Shown here piece after piece: positions 37,408 through 49,679 of a stretch of 64,000 nt of DNA (the stretch's first letter is position 1; each line of letters opens with the position of its first letter). Source of the stretch: Lama glama (taxonomy: Eukaryota); the NCBI GenBank assembly GCA_028534125.1, contig CM052832.1:17176001-17240000 (forward strand), written 5' to 3'. A program made the translations under genes and the position numbers. The notes under the pieces were generated by a model, which had not been told where the DNA came from, did no database searches, and was given only the letters and a program-made list of their open reading frames with translations.

Positions 37408-39738
37408 AAGGTAAATGTAGGATGGACAGATAGGAAACTACTGGGCCAGAATATTTGGGAAATAACTTCCAGCAAGCTCTTTAAAAGCAAAAACATATAC
37501 TGATGTAAAAACTTTAGATAAATAACTCCATGGTATATTATTATGTTGTTGAAACTGCAATAAACTGGTATTTACAATTCACCTGTCATGTATGACTATA
37601 TAATAGATTGTAAATATCAGATTGTGTCTTAATTTTTCTTAGAATCCTGGCTTGCGTGGTCCATTTGACACAATGTGTTATTTTTATGTCACTTTAAATT
37701 TTTCAACTTTATTTCCAAGTATCTGATTTTCTTTACTTTCTCTATCATTCTTAGGATTATTTAAAAGTGATTAAAAATATATAGCACAATTGTTGATAAA
37801 ACACAGGAAGATGATTCAGGCTTTTTTTTTTTTGGTGAAAATTAAGTAAGCTAATTCACTTTGCAATTACATGATGAGAATGAAGCGTCTATGCTGCTGC
37901 TGTTGATTATCCATGTCAGTTTTGTTTATGTATCTCTAAAATTTCTCTCTATCCATTGATTATAGGTACATTTTTGCAAATCCATGTTTATGGAATGCTT
38001 AAAATAAGGGATAGACTATAAATAATGTGATGGAAATAGTAGCTGGAATTCACCATCAGAATTTTAATAATTTATTGATACTTGGTAAACTGAAAAATGT
38101 TTTGGAAAAGGAATATTTTTTGTTTAAATATTGGCGTAAATCAGACTTCATCGGGCATATTAATTTGGATAAGAGAAGGGAGCCATGAGTTTAAAATTCA
38201 AGGGAGTTACTGAAGCACATAGTTTTGTAAAATCTGTTCAAACCCATTAGCATTGATTATTTTCATTCAATGAGTTCTGTTGGGAGACTCCCTTTGCAAA
38301 AGCTTATGGTAAACTAAACACTTGGAAATATAAAAAGTGCTTTATAAAGAAACTTGAAGAGCTAACAGATTTTGTTATGCTGTAGGAATAGAAAAAATGT
38401 AGGAAACAGAGAAGGAGGAAAGTGAAGGAAGAGAACACAGAGGTTTTTTAAAACAATAGCCACAGTGGAAAAATAAAGAAAAAAGGAAGGAAAAACAGCT
38501 CTGCTACCATTTTTCTTTAATATAATAGGGAAAATGCCAATGTTTGAGTAAAAACAATATTTCCTTAAAACTTTTTTGACCTACTGAAAAGATGAATAAA
38601 AGATAGTACATTTTACAAATTTGTTTTGCAATCTCATAATTTATGGGAAGAAAGCACATTAAAAACAGATATGTCTGCTCTTCACTCTAAAGGTGGATAA
38701 TTTATAATGGTAGGAAAGTGGATGCAATTACTTTCAATTCTTTGGCAAAAATATAATGTACAGATAGCATATTACTTTGTAAAAAATATCATCACTAATA
38801 ACCTTTAAAACCTTGCCTATATATTTTGACATTTTGCATCTGGAACAATCATTTGAATAGTTTATAATTATGATCATAATCATGTTAATTATAGCTAACA
38901 TACATTGAACAGATATATGTGGCCAGGAACTCTTTGGGTTTTGTTTATTTATTTGTTTTAATATTTTCCCTCTGCTTTCACATTTTCTCCAACAAGGATA
39001 GGTAGGTTCTATGATTTCCTTCCATTTTCTAAATAGAACATCTAAGGAAAAGACTAGGGTAAGAAGAGAAAATTAAAGTAAGTTTCCTAAGATCACATAG
39101 TATAAGGTGGCTGAGCAAGATTTCAAATTCAGAAATCAAAAGAGAAAGTGGATAGGAGGAATGAAGAAGAGAAAGGGAGATAGAAGAGGAGAGAAAGGGG
39201 ATTGAAGGATAGGTGAGATGAAAGGGAAGGGAGAAACTTGGGAGAAAGATATTCAGATAAATTGAGATACAGACCCAGAGAAATAAGAGGACAAAATGAA
39301 TAAAGAAAGAAGTAGTAAGAGAATACGATTCAACTATAATGTATATAAAAACCATGTAGTAAATGCTGTAAATGTAGTCTTTGAGACCAAAGATGAAATC
39401 ATCTTATAAAATATTTAGTAAAGATATTTTGACTAATAGGTGTGTTTAATATGTTTTACATGTTATTTATAATGCAGAGTCCTAAAAAGAAAACATATGA
39501 AGAGGTGTAAACGAGGAAGAGAAAAATAGTGTAAACGAGTGATGGGTATTAAAGATTAAAACAGGTCACTAAACTTTGTATTGTTTTCCCAAAATAAGGA
39601 CGCCAAATCTCATCCTTGAGTACAAAGTCATCAAATAATTCATACTGCCCCTCTTCCTGTCTCTGTACCAGAACTATCACAGGCCTTTGAGGAACTACTT
39701 TTGAACCATTCCCTGAAGAGGCAATTGCTCCAGAAACC

Positions 39739-40683
39739 ATGTTCACAATTTGCAATGACAGCCACCGTGATTTTATCCTTCTGGGCTTCTCTGACAAGCC
39801 ATATTTGGAAAAGATACTTTTTTGGGTAATTCTGATCTTTTATGGCTTGACCACTGCAGGAAATATGGTTGTAATTTTTGTCTCCTTGAAGGATCCCAAA
39901 CTCCATATCCCAATGTACTACTTTCTTTCCAACCTCTCCCTGCTGGATCTCTGTTTCACCAGCAGTTGTGTTCCACAGATGTTGGTTAATTTCTGGGGTC
40001 CAGAAAAGACTATAAGCTATATTGGCTGTGCTGTTCAACTCTATGTCTTCTTGTGGCTTGGGGCCACTGAATGTGTCCTTCTTGTGGTCATGGCTTTGGA
40101 CCGCTATGTGGCAGTGTGTCATCCACTAAAATACACCACTATCATGCACCCAAAACTTTGCCTGCAGCTGGCCATCTTTGCATGGGGGACTGGCCTGATT
40201 CAGTCTCTGATCCAGTCTCCTGCTACCTTCCAGTTACCCTTCTGCTCCCACCAGACAGTGGATGACATTGTATGTGAAGTCCCAGCCCTCATTCAAGTCT
40301 CCAGTGCAGACACCATCTACATTGAAATCAGGATGTTCGTAGCCAGTATTATTCTCCTGGTGGTGCCCTTGATCATTATCCTTGCCTCTTATGGTGCTGT
40401 TGCTAAAGCTGTGCTGAGAATAAAGTCAACTGCAGGACAGAAGAAAGCATTTGGCACCTGCACTTCTCATCTTCTTGTGGTCTCCCTCTTCTATGGCACT
40501 GTCACAGCTGTCTATCTTCAACCCAAGAGTCGCTATGCTCATGAACAAGGCAAGTTTCTCACCCTTTTCTACACTGTTGTAACTCCGACTCTTAACCCGC
40601 TCATCTATACTCTAAGGAACAAAGAGGTAAAGGGGGCACTAAAAAGACTAGGGAGGAGGACCTGGGATATTCAGAATAACTAA
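39739..40683 (+). CDS. Olfactory receptor family 2 (OR2H4-like), intact, 314 aa
   Basis: NDS sequon, [53 protein letters not shown]. The C-terminus RLGRRTWDIQNN resembles recalled human OR2H4P. Confidence 0.96.
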   Translation: MFTICNDSHRDFILLGFSDKPYLEKILFWVILIFYGLTTAGNMVVIFVSLKDPKLHIPMYYFLSNLSLLDLCFTSSCVPQMLVNFWGPEKTISYIGCAVQLYVFLWLGATECVLLVVMALDRYVAVCHPLKYTTIMHPKLCLQLAIFAWGTGLIQSLIQSPATFQLPFCSHQTVDDIVCEVPALIQVSSADTIYIEIRMFVASIILLVVPLIIILASYGAVAKAVLRIKSTAGQKKAFGTCTSHLLVVSLFYGTVTAVYLQPKSRYAHEQGKFLTLFYTVVTPTLNPLIYTLRNKEVKGALKRLGRRTWDIQNN

Positions 40684-42819
40684 AGAGGTTGACACATATT
40701 GGGTTTTTACTTAACCTGAAAAGAGAATAACCTCGTCATGAAAAGCTCAAGCTGTACCTCCCAACTCTAAAGTAATAGGGAAAGAGCTGCATTTTGTTCA
40801 AGCGTGAATTTCAGTTCCATTCATCAATCATTGATTAAGCCTTATTTTCTTCATGGTGCTGATTTAGGCACAGTATGATAGAGAAATGAATATTTTTAAT
40901 AGTCATATTAAAGTGCACATAATAGCAATTGAATTGGGGCAACAAAAGAAAAACAAACTTGCAAAATGAAAGACCTAGCCACGTGTTTCATGCCTTTCCA
41001 CTTACTCTTTTCCTTTGTTCTATTTTCCTGTAAGCCCAACCACTTCTTTCATCTAAACATCTATTCCCAACAAAGTTCCTAACGCTTTCAGATAGAGACT
41101 TTGTAAGAAACACTCATGTAATCTAATTGGTGGCTCTTGGTTCTGAGTTACTTCTGCCTCCTTGCCTCAGTATGTCCTTTGTTGATGTGTAGTGCGCCTA
41201 GAAATCCCCAGTGACAAAGTGTTTACCAAGCAGAAGTCCACATTTACTGCTCCCTGGTGCTGCTGCTCTTCAATCTTATATCCAAGTTTCTTAGTTTGAG
41301 CCCCAATATTCTTGGCTCCCAATTATAGGAATAGACTTCTGGGTTTTTTCTTCATTCTGAGTCACTGTTGTAAACAAATGTCTTTCTTTTCATTACATTC
41401 AATTCTTACTCATTTGTCTTAGAGACATTTATTGATTTTTATTAGGCAGCTATTATGTACTAGATGCTCCATATTTAATGCATATAGGAGGTCATCAACG
41501 TCATGGTGCTTACAGTCAAATGGTAGACAAAAATATTAACCAACATATTTTTAATTTATCATCTTAATGGAAAGAGACTTCTTCTTCAACTCCTGCCTAG
41601 GGCTGATCACCATACCACACACCTTTTGACTTTTGAGTATTTCCCACCAAAGATTTATTTATGCTGCTTTTTAGCTGTTGTCTATAAGTGTCCACTACTC
41701 CAATGTGTTTCACTGAAATCATGGATATAAATTGTTGACTCTCCTGTATGGATTGTCTAATCAAGTGTGCCTCCCATCTGCTGAAACCTACTATATGTCT
41801 AGATGGCACTAGTATCAGGCCCTATTCCCTCCCATTTTCCTCTGCTGGTAAACTGTACCACTTATTTCTGATTTGGAGATTTCATGTCAAAATTTTCTAA
41901 ACATTTATTTGGAAAGTTAAAAAAGCATTACAAAACTCAAACCAAAATTAAACTGGTCAGAAATAATAGCAACACTAATACTTTGAGGATATAATTTCTC
42001 ATTGTCTTTGAGAGAACAATAATTTAAAAATCATTTTGTTGTTCTTCCTCTCAGTTGCAAAGAATAAAGGGAGTAATTGAGGAGAAATCTAGAAGGACAA
42101 AGGGGTTTTTGGCTAAAGTTTTACTTTAAGATTGTAGAGCTGGAGCAGCTTTAGGAATGCCTAAGTTCCTGGTGTGGACATAGTGATGAGTATCTGAGGT
42201 TGACAGGTGATAAGTGCCTTTGGAGATAGAAACAGGGGACCAGGCATATTCGAAGTTCATCTTACTTTGACATAACCTGGAATGATAGCAGGGCCTTTGG
42301 TATAGAGGAGAACTGTGTGCCTGACGCTAAAATGTAAATGTGTGAGAGGGAGAGAGGTTATGATACCAGTAAATGACAGCAGCAAGAAGGGGAGGAACAG
42401 TTCCTCAAACTTTAGAATTTTTAAGATTCACATGGTGTACTTGTTAAAAATTAAAATACTTGTGTTTAATATTCAGAATTTCTGATTTAAAATGTCTGAC
42501 TGTGCTCTGGGATGGGCATTTTAAGTAACACCTTAGGTGATTCTGATGCAGACTACCTAGGACCATACTGTGGGAAAGAGCTGTCTAGTAGTTGCCCAGA
42601 CAAATGACATGAACTTCAAATGAATCCATGTATTTTAAAAATAAGATGGCTTAAGATTAAAACAAAACAAAAAAAGACTAAGCAAAACAGGAAACCCTTG
42701 TGATTTGTGGTTTAAAAATAAAAGGGTCTTAAATCTCTCAGTCAGCCAAAGCTGCAGGTTCTCAGCTTGCATATTTCCTGACAGCTATGCTTTTATGTAT
42801 TCTGACATATTACTTTAAT

Positions 42820-43185
42820 TTTTAAAATTTTTGTTTTATTGAAGTATAGTTGATTCAATATTATATTAGTTTCAGGTGTGCAACATAGAGATTCAATATT
42901 TTTATAGAATATGCTCCATTTAAAGTTGTTATAAAATATTGACTATATTCCCTGTGCTGTACAATATATCATTTTAGCTTATTTTATGCAAAGTAGTTTG
43001 TACCTCCTAATTCCTTACCCCAATCTTGCCCTCCTCCTGTCCCTGCTCTGGTAACCACTAGTTTGTTCTCAATACCCCTTTTCTCTTTCTGTTGTGTTAT
43101 ATTCATATATTACTTTTATTTTTTAGATTCCACATGTAAGTGAACAATACAGTATTTGCCTTTCTCTGACTTATTTCATTAAACA
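42820..43185 (-). mobile_element. L1MA-type 3' UTR fragment
   Basis: TTTATTGAAGTATAGTTGATT...CCCTGTGCTGTACAATA...GGTAACCACTAGTTTGTTCTC...TAGATTCCACATGTAAGTGA. Confidence 0.8.
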
Positions 43186-43199
43186 TTGGAAGAAACAAT

Positions 43200-44115
43200 A
43201 CACTCTAGCTATGGGTTTGTCTTAGCCACGAGTCCTTAGCCAGCACTACTATCTAAAGGTTTTTACAGTGTTTGATTCAGCAGCATGAGCTCCCACATAC
43301 CATTATGTCAGAAGGCCCACTTACTAGCAAAGGAAGCATGGAAGTGAACACATGACCATGGAAACTACTGGCCATATAATGTATTACACTATCATGAAAT
43401 GACCTATTAAAGTCATGGAGTGACATGTTGAAGGCACACCCAAAATGTCAGCTCAGATGCAGTGCCATCTTCTACCACCCAGTGCATACTTTAAATTAAT
43501 TATATTTATATGGAACTGTGTCCCCATTTGGAAGACACATGGGTCTGGAAACCAAGGAGTGAAACAGCAGTGGCCCCGCTTACCATGATTTCCAATGACT
43601 CACTTGAAAATCTGTGTTTCTTTATTCCACAATTATGGACTCTGTAAGTTTAGGGGTTCCAGTTTCCAAAGGGAAATGCTTCCACCAAGGAGTACAGAAT
43701 GCACACCAAGAAGTATACCTTTTTGTCTAATTGTAATAGTAAATGATCAAGTGCAATGAGCTTGACTTAAGAAAAGTATAATGATCAGGGGCTCAGACAC
43801 TTCTAAATCATGCCACAGAGTTAACCCCAGAGACCAGTAGAAGTTCTAGCTAAGGCGGAGGGGAATAAAGAATAGATAGCAGAGGGAGATGATGAATCTA
43901 GTTTGTGGACATAAGACCAGCTGCCATGGTGGTAAGATCTGCTGCCGTGTTGGTCCTCTTCTAAGCTCCCCCCACATGTAGAAGCCCACTAGCATCTTGT
44001 AGGAGCTTCTCCCATAACTCATACAAAGTATTGGATCTGAGCAGTTAAAGGAGTAGATTGTGTTGGAAGTTATAATACATTGCTCAGATCCCTGGTAATA
44101 TAGTATCCCTACAGC
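43200..44115 (+). mobile_element. ERV-L/MaLR internal 3' region (integrase-derived) with PPT and start of an LTR
   Basis: GCCCACTT..TAGCAAAGGAAG...CATGGGTCTGGAAACCAAGGAGTG...AGTGGCCCCGCTTACCAT...CCAATGACTCACTTG...TGCTTCCACCAAG, then purine tract AAAGGAGTAGAT followed by TG near 44050-44061. Confidence 0.65.
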
Positions 44116-44139
44116 ACAGAAAGATAAGATCTTGGGTAA

Positions 44140-44658
44140 TGTGGGCACACGCAGGTTGGTAAAGAATTACCAGAGACTGAGAAGAGTTTATGAAAGTTTA
44201 ATAGGGATGCTGCTATAGGCAACAGTGGGCCACACAGAGGAGAGATGCCTGTGTACTGAGTGCTGGGGATGGAGATGCAGGGTCTTTTATCGGGGGTGGG
44301 GGGAGAGGGTTGTGCACACAAGGAATAGGGGCTGCATGATCCATTCGTGCACAGGTACCTGATTGGTTCTAAGATCTGTCAGGGACTTCTCTGAACAATA
44401 GGTTTTACAGCTTTGATAAGGGCAGGATGTGAGACCTGTCCACCTAAGGTATTGTGAGACGGGCTCTCTGCTGGGCGATGGGTTTTGTTAGGGCAAACAC
44501 ACATCAAGAGGAGATATTTTACATCTTGCAGAAATGCAGGTATGCAAAGGGTCCTGCAGTGGGGAGTAGGGGTTAAGGTGTCAATAGGCTCCAGGCACAC
44601 AGAGAGCCCAGGTTCCCCACCCCTGGAGTTTTATGACTCCAGAGAGTGTCAGTCCACA
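44140..44658 (-). mobile_element. Solo LTR with perfect TSD
   Basis: Inverted termini TGTGG...CCACA, with 5-bp TSD GGTAA at 44135-44139 and 44659-44663. ATTAAA and a TATA-like GATAAAAG lie on the minus strand. Confidence 0.85.
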
Positions 44659-44799
44659 GGTAAGAATATGGGAGATGGTCAAACTTGAAATTAATAAATT
44701 AATTACTATGATCTTTTAGGCAAAGAGCCTAAGGAATTTTAGCAGACAGGAAGCTGGAAATTAGGCGTACATGAAGAATTAGTAACTCTGAAATATAAC

Positions 44800-45720
44800 A
44801 AAATATTATATGTAGATTGGTAATGCATAAATGTAGAAATAAGAAATTTTTAAAATGTGACTATGCAATGTATAAATTAAAGACATTGATAGAGCTTGAA
44901 GGACTTATTTTGGCCAAATATTGAACAATTTGGGCATCAAAATAAAGTAAAATAATAATATAAAATAGGAATTTATAAGTACATAGTGATACAAGCAAAT
45001 AAGGGAATAAACAAAGGAGGCGAATGGCTTTCTTATTACAGAAAGTCAGCTGGTAAATACAGAAGGCAAGATGGAGTTAGAGAATCATTAATAGATGCTA
45101 ATATTAGTGGGTGAAAATTTGACCAGGATTAAGATATTTACATAATTTCAGGCTATCTTTTTACAAATTACGTGTTAATTTCTAAGGAGAAAAAATGGAA
45201 CTTCTCATAGGGGAGACCTGGGAGACACCACCTTAACCAGTGACTGAAGTTAACACCATCAGTTTGCAGACAAAACGGCCTCGAGTGCCTTTTTATAATG
45301 ATGTATTGTGCATGAGAAAAATATAAAGGACATTTTGGAGATAATTGACAAGATCTGAATATGACTTGTGTATGAGCATTACATCACTGTAAAACGTCCC
45401 AGTTTTGATAACTGTACTGGCAATGTAAGATAATGTCCTATTTTTAGTAACTACACATTGAAGTAGTTAGTAATATGTTGTTTGGAAAACAATGATTACT
45501 ACAATAATTTTAGTTAACGTCCATCATTTCATGTAGATACTAAATAGAAGAAAAAACTGTTTTTTTTTCCTTTTGATGAGAGCTCTTAGGATCTACTCTC
45601 TCAACTGTTGAATATAACATACAGCAATGTTGACTTTATAGTCATGTTGCATATAACATCCCCAGTATTTATTTATCTTGTAACTGAAAGTAACTTTTGA
45701 CTACCTTCGTCCATCCCATG
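44800..45720. mobile_element. Old L1 3' fragments (+ strand L1MC/MD-like, then - strand L1MA-like)
   Basis: TGAACAATTTGGGCATCAAAATAAA...ACACCACCTTAACCAGTGA...AAGTTAACA, then AGTTAACGTCCATCA...TTAGGATCTACTCTC...GTCATGTTGCATA. Confidence 0.6.
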
Positions 45721-46827
45721 TTATTACTGTAGATATGAGCAGTATCAAAATATTGTAGAATAAACTTATGTTTGTTATTTAAATTATTAATGACATATAA
45801 CATAAATATTTAGAAAATTATTTTCTAGGCAGACTTTGAGAAATATTTGGTAGTATACTTGAAGATTGGAGTAGATGTTTCTAAAATTAGTTACAAATTT
45901 ATAATTACATTAGTCTAATAGTTATTTTACTATCAATAATTTTTCATTTTAAATCAACTTCAACTTTAAGTTATTATTATTCCATTATACTATTAGAAAC
46001 CAAATACAGTTCAATGGAAAACTCTTCAAGGTGAAATAGATTTAGAGCACCAGTTTTATATTTAGACTTTTTCCTGATAGTTAAGTAATTGGTGTCGTTT
46101 TAAAATGCAGAAGATCAGAGCAAAAATTTTTTAGTATCCTACCACTTATGTCATCATAATTAACTTTTGGTGAATTTATTTCTAGTACTTTCTTATACAT
46201 ACAGGTAAATAAAAAATTAGGGTTACATTCTTAATATAGACTTATTTGCTGACTTAAACCATACTAAATAAATAATAATATTATTTTTAAAAGAAATGTT
46301 TAATTAATGTGTTAATAAATAACATCAAAATCATAGTGGCTAAAACCAACAAAGATTTAGGTTTTGTTCATGTTCCAAGTCCACTGAATGTTAACTGGGG
46401 CACTTTCTCTTGCCATTCTTCACTTATAATATCTGAAACCTTAGTTTTGTAACACTTTCTCTGTTGCTCCATGTATTTCCTTACATTAGTAATTGCAAAC
46501 AATCAATTAAAATGTCAGTTTAAGGGTCCCTTTCTTCAGGAACTAGAATATATCTTCAGTAGAGGAACTGTGATTGCTTTTCCTCTGGTCTAGTGCTATT
46601 TAGTGAATAAAACTTTACTGAATTACTAATCAAATAATGAATTATTTCAGATCAATATTAGAAAAAATGATTCCTATTAACATTTCTGTAAATAATGAAA
46701 TTTCTAATTTAGAGGAGTTCCTGCATACTTGGGGTAGAACTTGGGACAAATAAGGATTTGAGAAGTAAAGGGAAAAAAAGAAGAAATGCTATTCATGGGG
46801 AATAAAAAATGAATTTAAAACAGTTGT

Positions 46828-47275
46828 AAATGAAATAGTGCCATTTGCAGCAACATGGATGGACCTGGAGATAATCATTCTAAGTGAAGTAAGCCACAAA
46901 GAGAAAGAAAAATATCACAGGATATCACTGATATGTGGAATCTAAAAAAAAAAGACACAAATGAACTCATTTACAAAACAGAAATAGAGTTGCAGACATA
47001 GGAAAAAAAAATATAGTTACCAGGGTAGAAAGGGGGTGGGAGGAATAAATTTGGAGTTCAAATTTGCAGATACATGCTACTGTATAAAATAGATAAACAA
47101 CAAGGTCCTATTGTATAGCACAAGGAACTACATTCAATACCTTGTAATTGTCTATAATGAAAAAGAATATGAGACGGAATATATATATAACTGAACTACT
47201 ATTCTGTACAATAAAGACTAACGATGTTGTAAGTCGACTATACTTTATAAAAAAAATTGAAAAATAAATAAAATA
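46828..47275 (+). mobile_element. L1 3' end
   Basis: GCCATTTGCAGCAACATGGATGGACCTGGAGAT...AAGTGAAGTAAG...CAAGGTCCTATTGTATAGCACA... followed by an A-rich tail. Confidence 0.9.
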
Positions 47276-47851
47276 GGAATGAAACTCAATTGATATTTCA
47301 TTTCTTGTATAAGGCTCACACACTTAGCTAGTTAAATGCCAGCTAGGTTTGAGACAGATTACATACTTAGAACAGTTCTGGAAGGTTCATAGGATGGATT
47401 TTATCAAGGGATGTGAAAGTAAATGTAACGTGCTGAGGACATGGGTGCTGTCAGGAATATTTTTTGCTTGGGCTCACTGGATATATAATTACAGACATGT
47501 GGAAACCCTAACTAGGTGGTTGACAGGATGGTTCTTGAACAAAGAATATATAAGGGGAAATGTAATCCATTCATGTCCTGACTAGTTTTGTCATTGACAG
47601 GAGGAAATTCCCATGACTTGGCCTCAGGAAGAGAGCGCCTTAGGGGAACTCTGGAAAGCAAAAGTTTTGAATTCAGAAAAGAAATGTTACAATCTTAGCA
47701 TTGCTTCCTGAACAGAGAAGTAATTTTTCTAAACTCTTGGTGCAATTCAATAAAATCATAAGAGCCTGAGCAATAGAAAAAGCAGTTCAAACCTTACTAT
47801 AATTTTCAAGGATAAAGAGAGACACAGAAGTTTCTCATGACAATGGAGCAC

Positions 47852-47932
47852 TTATTTCTTATAGAAAAGGATTATTGGCAACACCCTTTTGAAGGCGTCC
47901 TTCATATCTTTATTTCTAAGGCTGTAAATGAG
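47852..47932 (-). CDS. Olfactory receptor C-terminal fragment (OR2B3-like); the rest lies in or beyond the gap
   Basis: LIYSLRNKDMKDAFKRVLPIILFYKK* is the OR TM7/helix-8 motif and resembles the recalled human OR2B3 end (IYSLRNKDMKEAFKRL.P.IFF.KK). Intactness unknown. Confidence 0.8.
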   Translation of the reverse strand, partial: LIYSLRNKDMKDAFKRVLPIILFYKK

Positions 47933-48432
47933 NNNNNNNNNNNNNNNNNNNNNNNNNNNNNNNNNNNNNNNNNNNNNNNNNNNNNNNNNNNNNNNNNNNN
48001 NNNNNNNNNNNNNNNNNNNNNNNNNNNNNNNNNNNNNNNNNNNNNNNNNNNNNNNNNNNNNNNNNNNNNNNNNNNNNNNNNNNNNNNNNNNNNNNNNNNN
48101 NNNNNNNNNNNNNNNNNNNNNNNNNNNNNNNNNNNNNNNNNNNNNNNNNNNNNNNNNNNNNNNNNNNNNNNNNNNNNNNNNNNNNNNNNNNNNNNNNNNN
48201 NNNNNNNNNNNNNNNNNNNNNNNNNNNNNNNNNNNNNNNNNNNNNNNNNNNNNNNNNNNNNNNNNNNNNNNNNNNNNNNNNNNNNNNNNNNNNNNNNNNN
48301 NNNNNNNNNNNNNNNNNNNNNNNNNNNNNNNNNNNNNNNNNNNNNNNNNNNNNNNNNNNNNNNNNNNNNNNNNNNNNNNNNNNNNNNNNNNNNNNNNNNN
48401 NNNNNNNNNNNNNNNNNNNNNNNNNNNNNNNN
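47933..48432. other. Assembly gap (500 N)
   Basis: Run of exactly 500 N. Confidence 1.
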
Positions 48433-48580
48433 AAGGGATAGACTGGGATTTCAAAATTGTAGAATAGATAAACAAGATTACACTGTATAGCACAGGGAAA
48501 TATACACAAAATGTTATGATAAATCACAGAGAAAAAAATGTGACAATGAGTGTGTATATGTCCCTAAAAAAAAAAAAGAA
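48433..48580 (+). mobile_element. L1 3' end abutting the gap
   Basis: ACACTGTATAGCACAGGGAAATATACAC...poly-A, similar to the copy at 37237. Confidence 0.8.
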
Positions 48581-48919
48581 ATTATATTTCTCTGTAAAAA
48601 TGAAAATTTAGTGATTGTCACATATAATTATTAATTATATTTTCTCTTTTAAAAATTATATAAATGCATTGTCTATATTTTAGTAAAAGTAAACTGTTTT
48701 ATTGAAAAGAATTCATCCTTAAATTTATTATATGTGACTTTATCATCATTGGTTTATTAGTTTATTCCTCTTTTCTGTCAATAGAGGGTTATAGTTTTTT
48801 TATGTACATTATATCTTGATAATATACATGGATTCTTTTTATTAAAAGAAAGCATATTTAAATTCTATAGAGCTTTACAATTTTCAAGAGTTTTACATGC
48901 ATGATTTCATATAATCCCA

Positions 48920-49485
48920 TAATAACCCTTTTTTCCCCCTATGTCCCTCTATTCCCTCTCTCCCACTGGTAACCACTAGTTTGTTCTCTTTATCTGTGAG
49001 TCTGATTCTTTTTTGTTATAGTCATTAGTTTGTTGTATTTTTTAGATTCCACATATAAGTGACATCATACAGTACTTTTTTCTCTGTCTGACTTCTTTCA
49101 CTAAGTTATAATGCCCTCCAAGTCCATCCATGTTGCTGAAAATTGCAAAATTTCATCTTTTTATGGCTGAGTAGTATTCCATTGTACATATATACACCAC
49201 ATCTTCTTTATTCATTCATCTGTTGATGGACACTTAAGTTGCTTCCATATCTTGGCAATTGCAAATAATGCTGCTATGAACATTGAAGTGCATATATCTT
49301 TTCGAATTAGTGTTTTTATTTTCTTTGAGTATATAAACAGGAGTGGAATTGCTGGGTCATACAATAGTTCTAATTTTAATATTTTGAGAAACCACCATAC
49401 TGTTTTCCACAGTGGGTACATCAATTCACATTCCCACCAACAGTGTATGAGGGTTCCCTTTTCTCCACATCCTCGCCAGCATTTT
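48920..49485 (-). mobile_element. L1 ORF2 C-terminus + 3' UTR fragment
   Basis: [22 protein letters not shown]...PLWKTVW...DPAIPLL...[23 protein letters not shown]. Confidence 0.9.
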
Positions 49486-49679
49486 ATACCTGGATTCTTT
49501 AAAATATAGACTAAATAGCTGTTTTCAAGTGGAAGTAAAATAGTGAGACTCAAAATTCAAGCACTTGATGGGATAGAAAAAAAGAAATAAAACTTTCTTA
49601 GTTCCATATAGAAATACATAAAATTGAAGACATACTTTGAGGAAACAAAAGTCAATTAGAATTTATTTAAGAATGCTGC

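Noticed and set aside
39640..40122. Antisense ORFs overlapping OR genes (also 12864-13139, 25420-25605, 53122-53307)
   Set aside because: Shadow frames produced by OR codon structure.
47605..47660. O/E-like words downstream of the OR2B3-like stub
   Set aside because: Matches are degenerate, lie in the presumed 3' UTR and have no adjacent homeodomain site.
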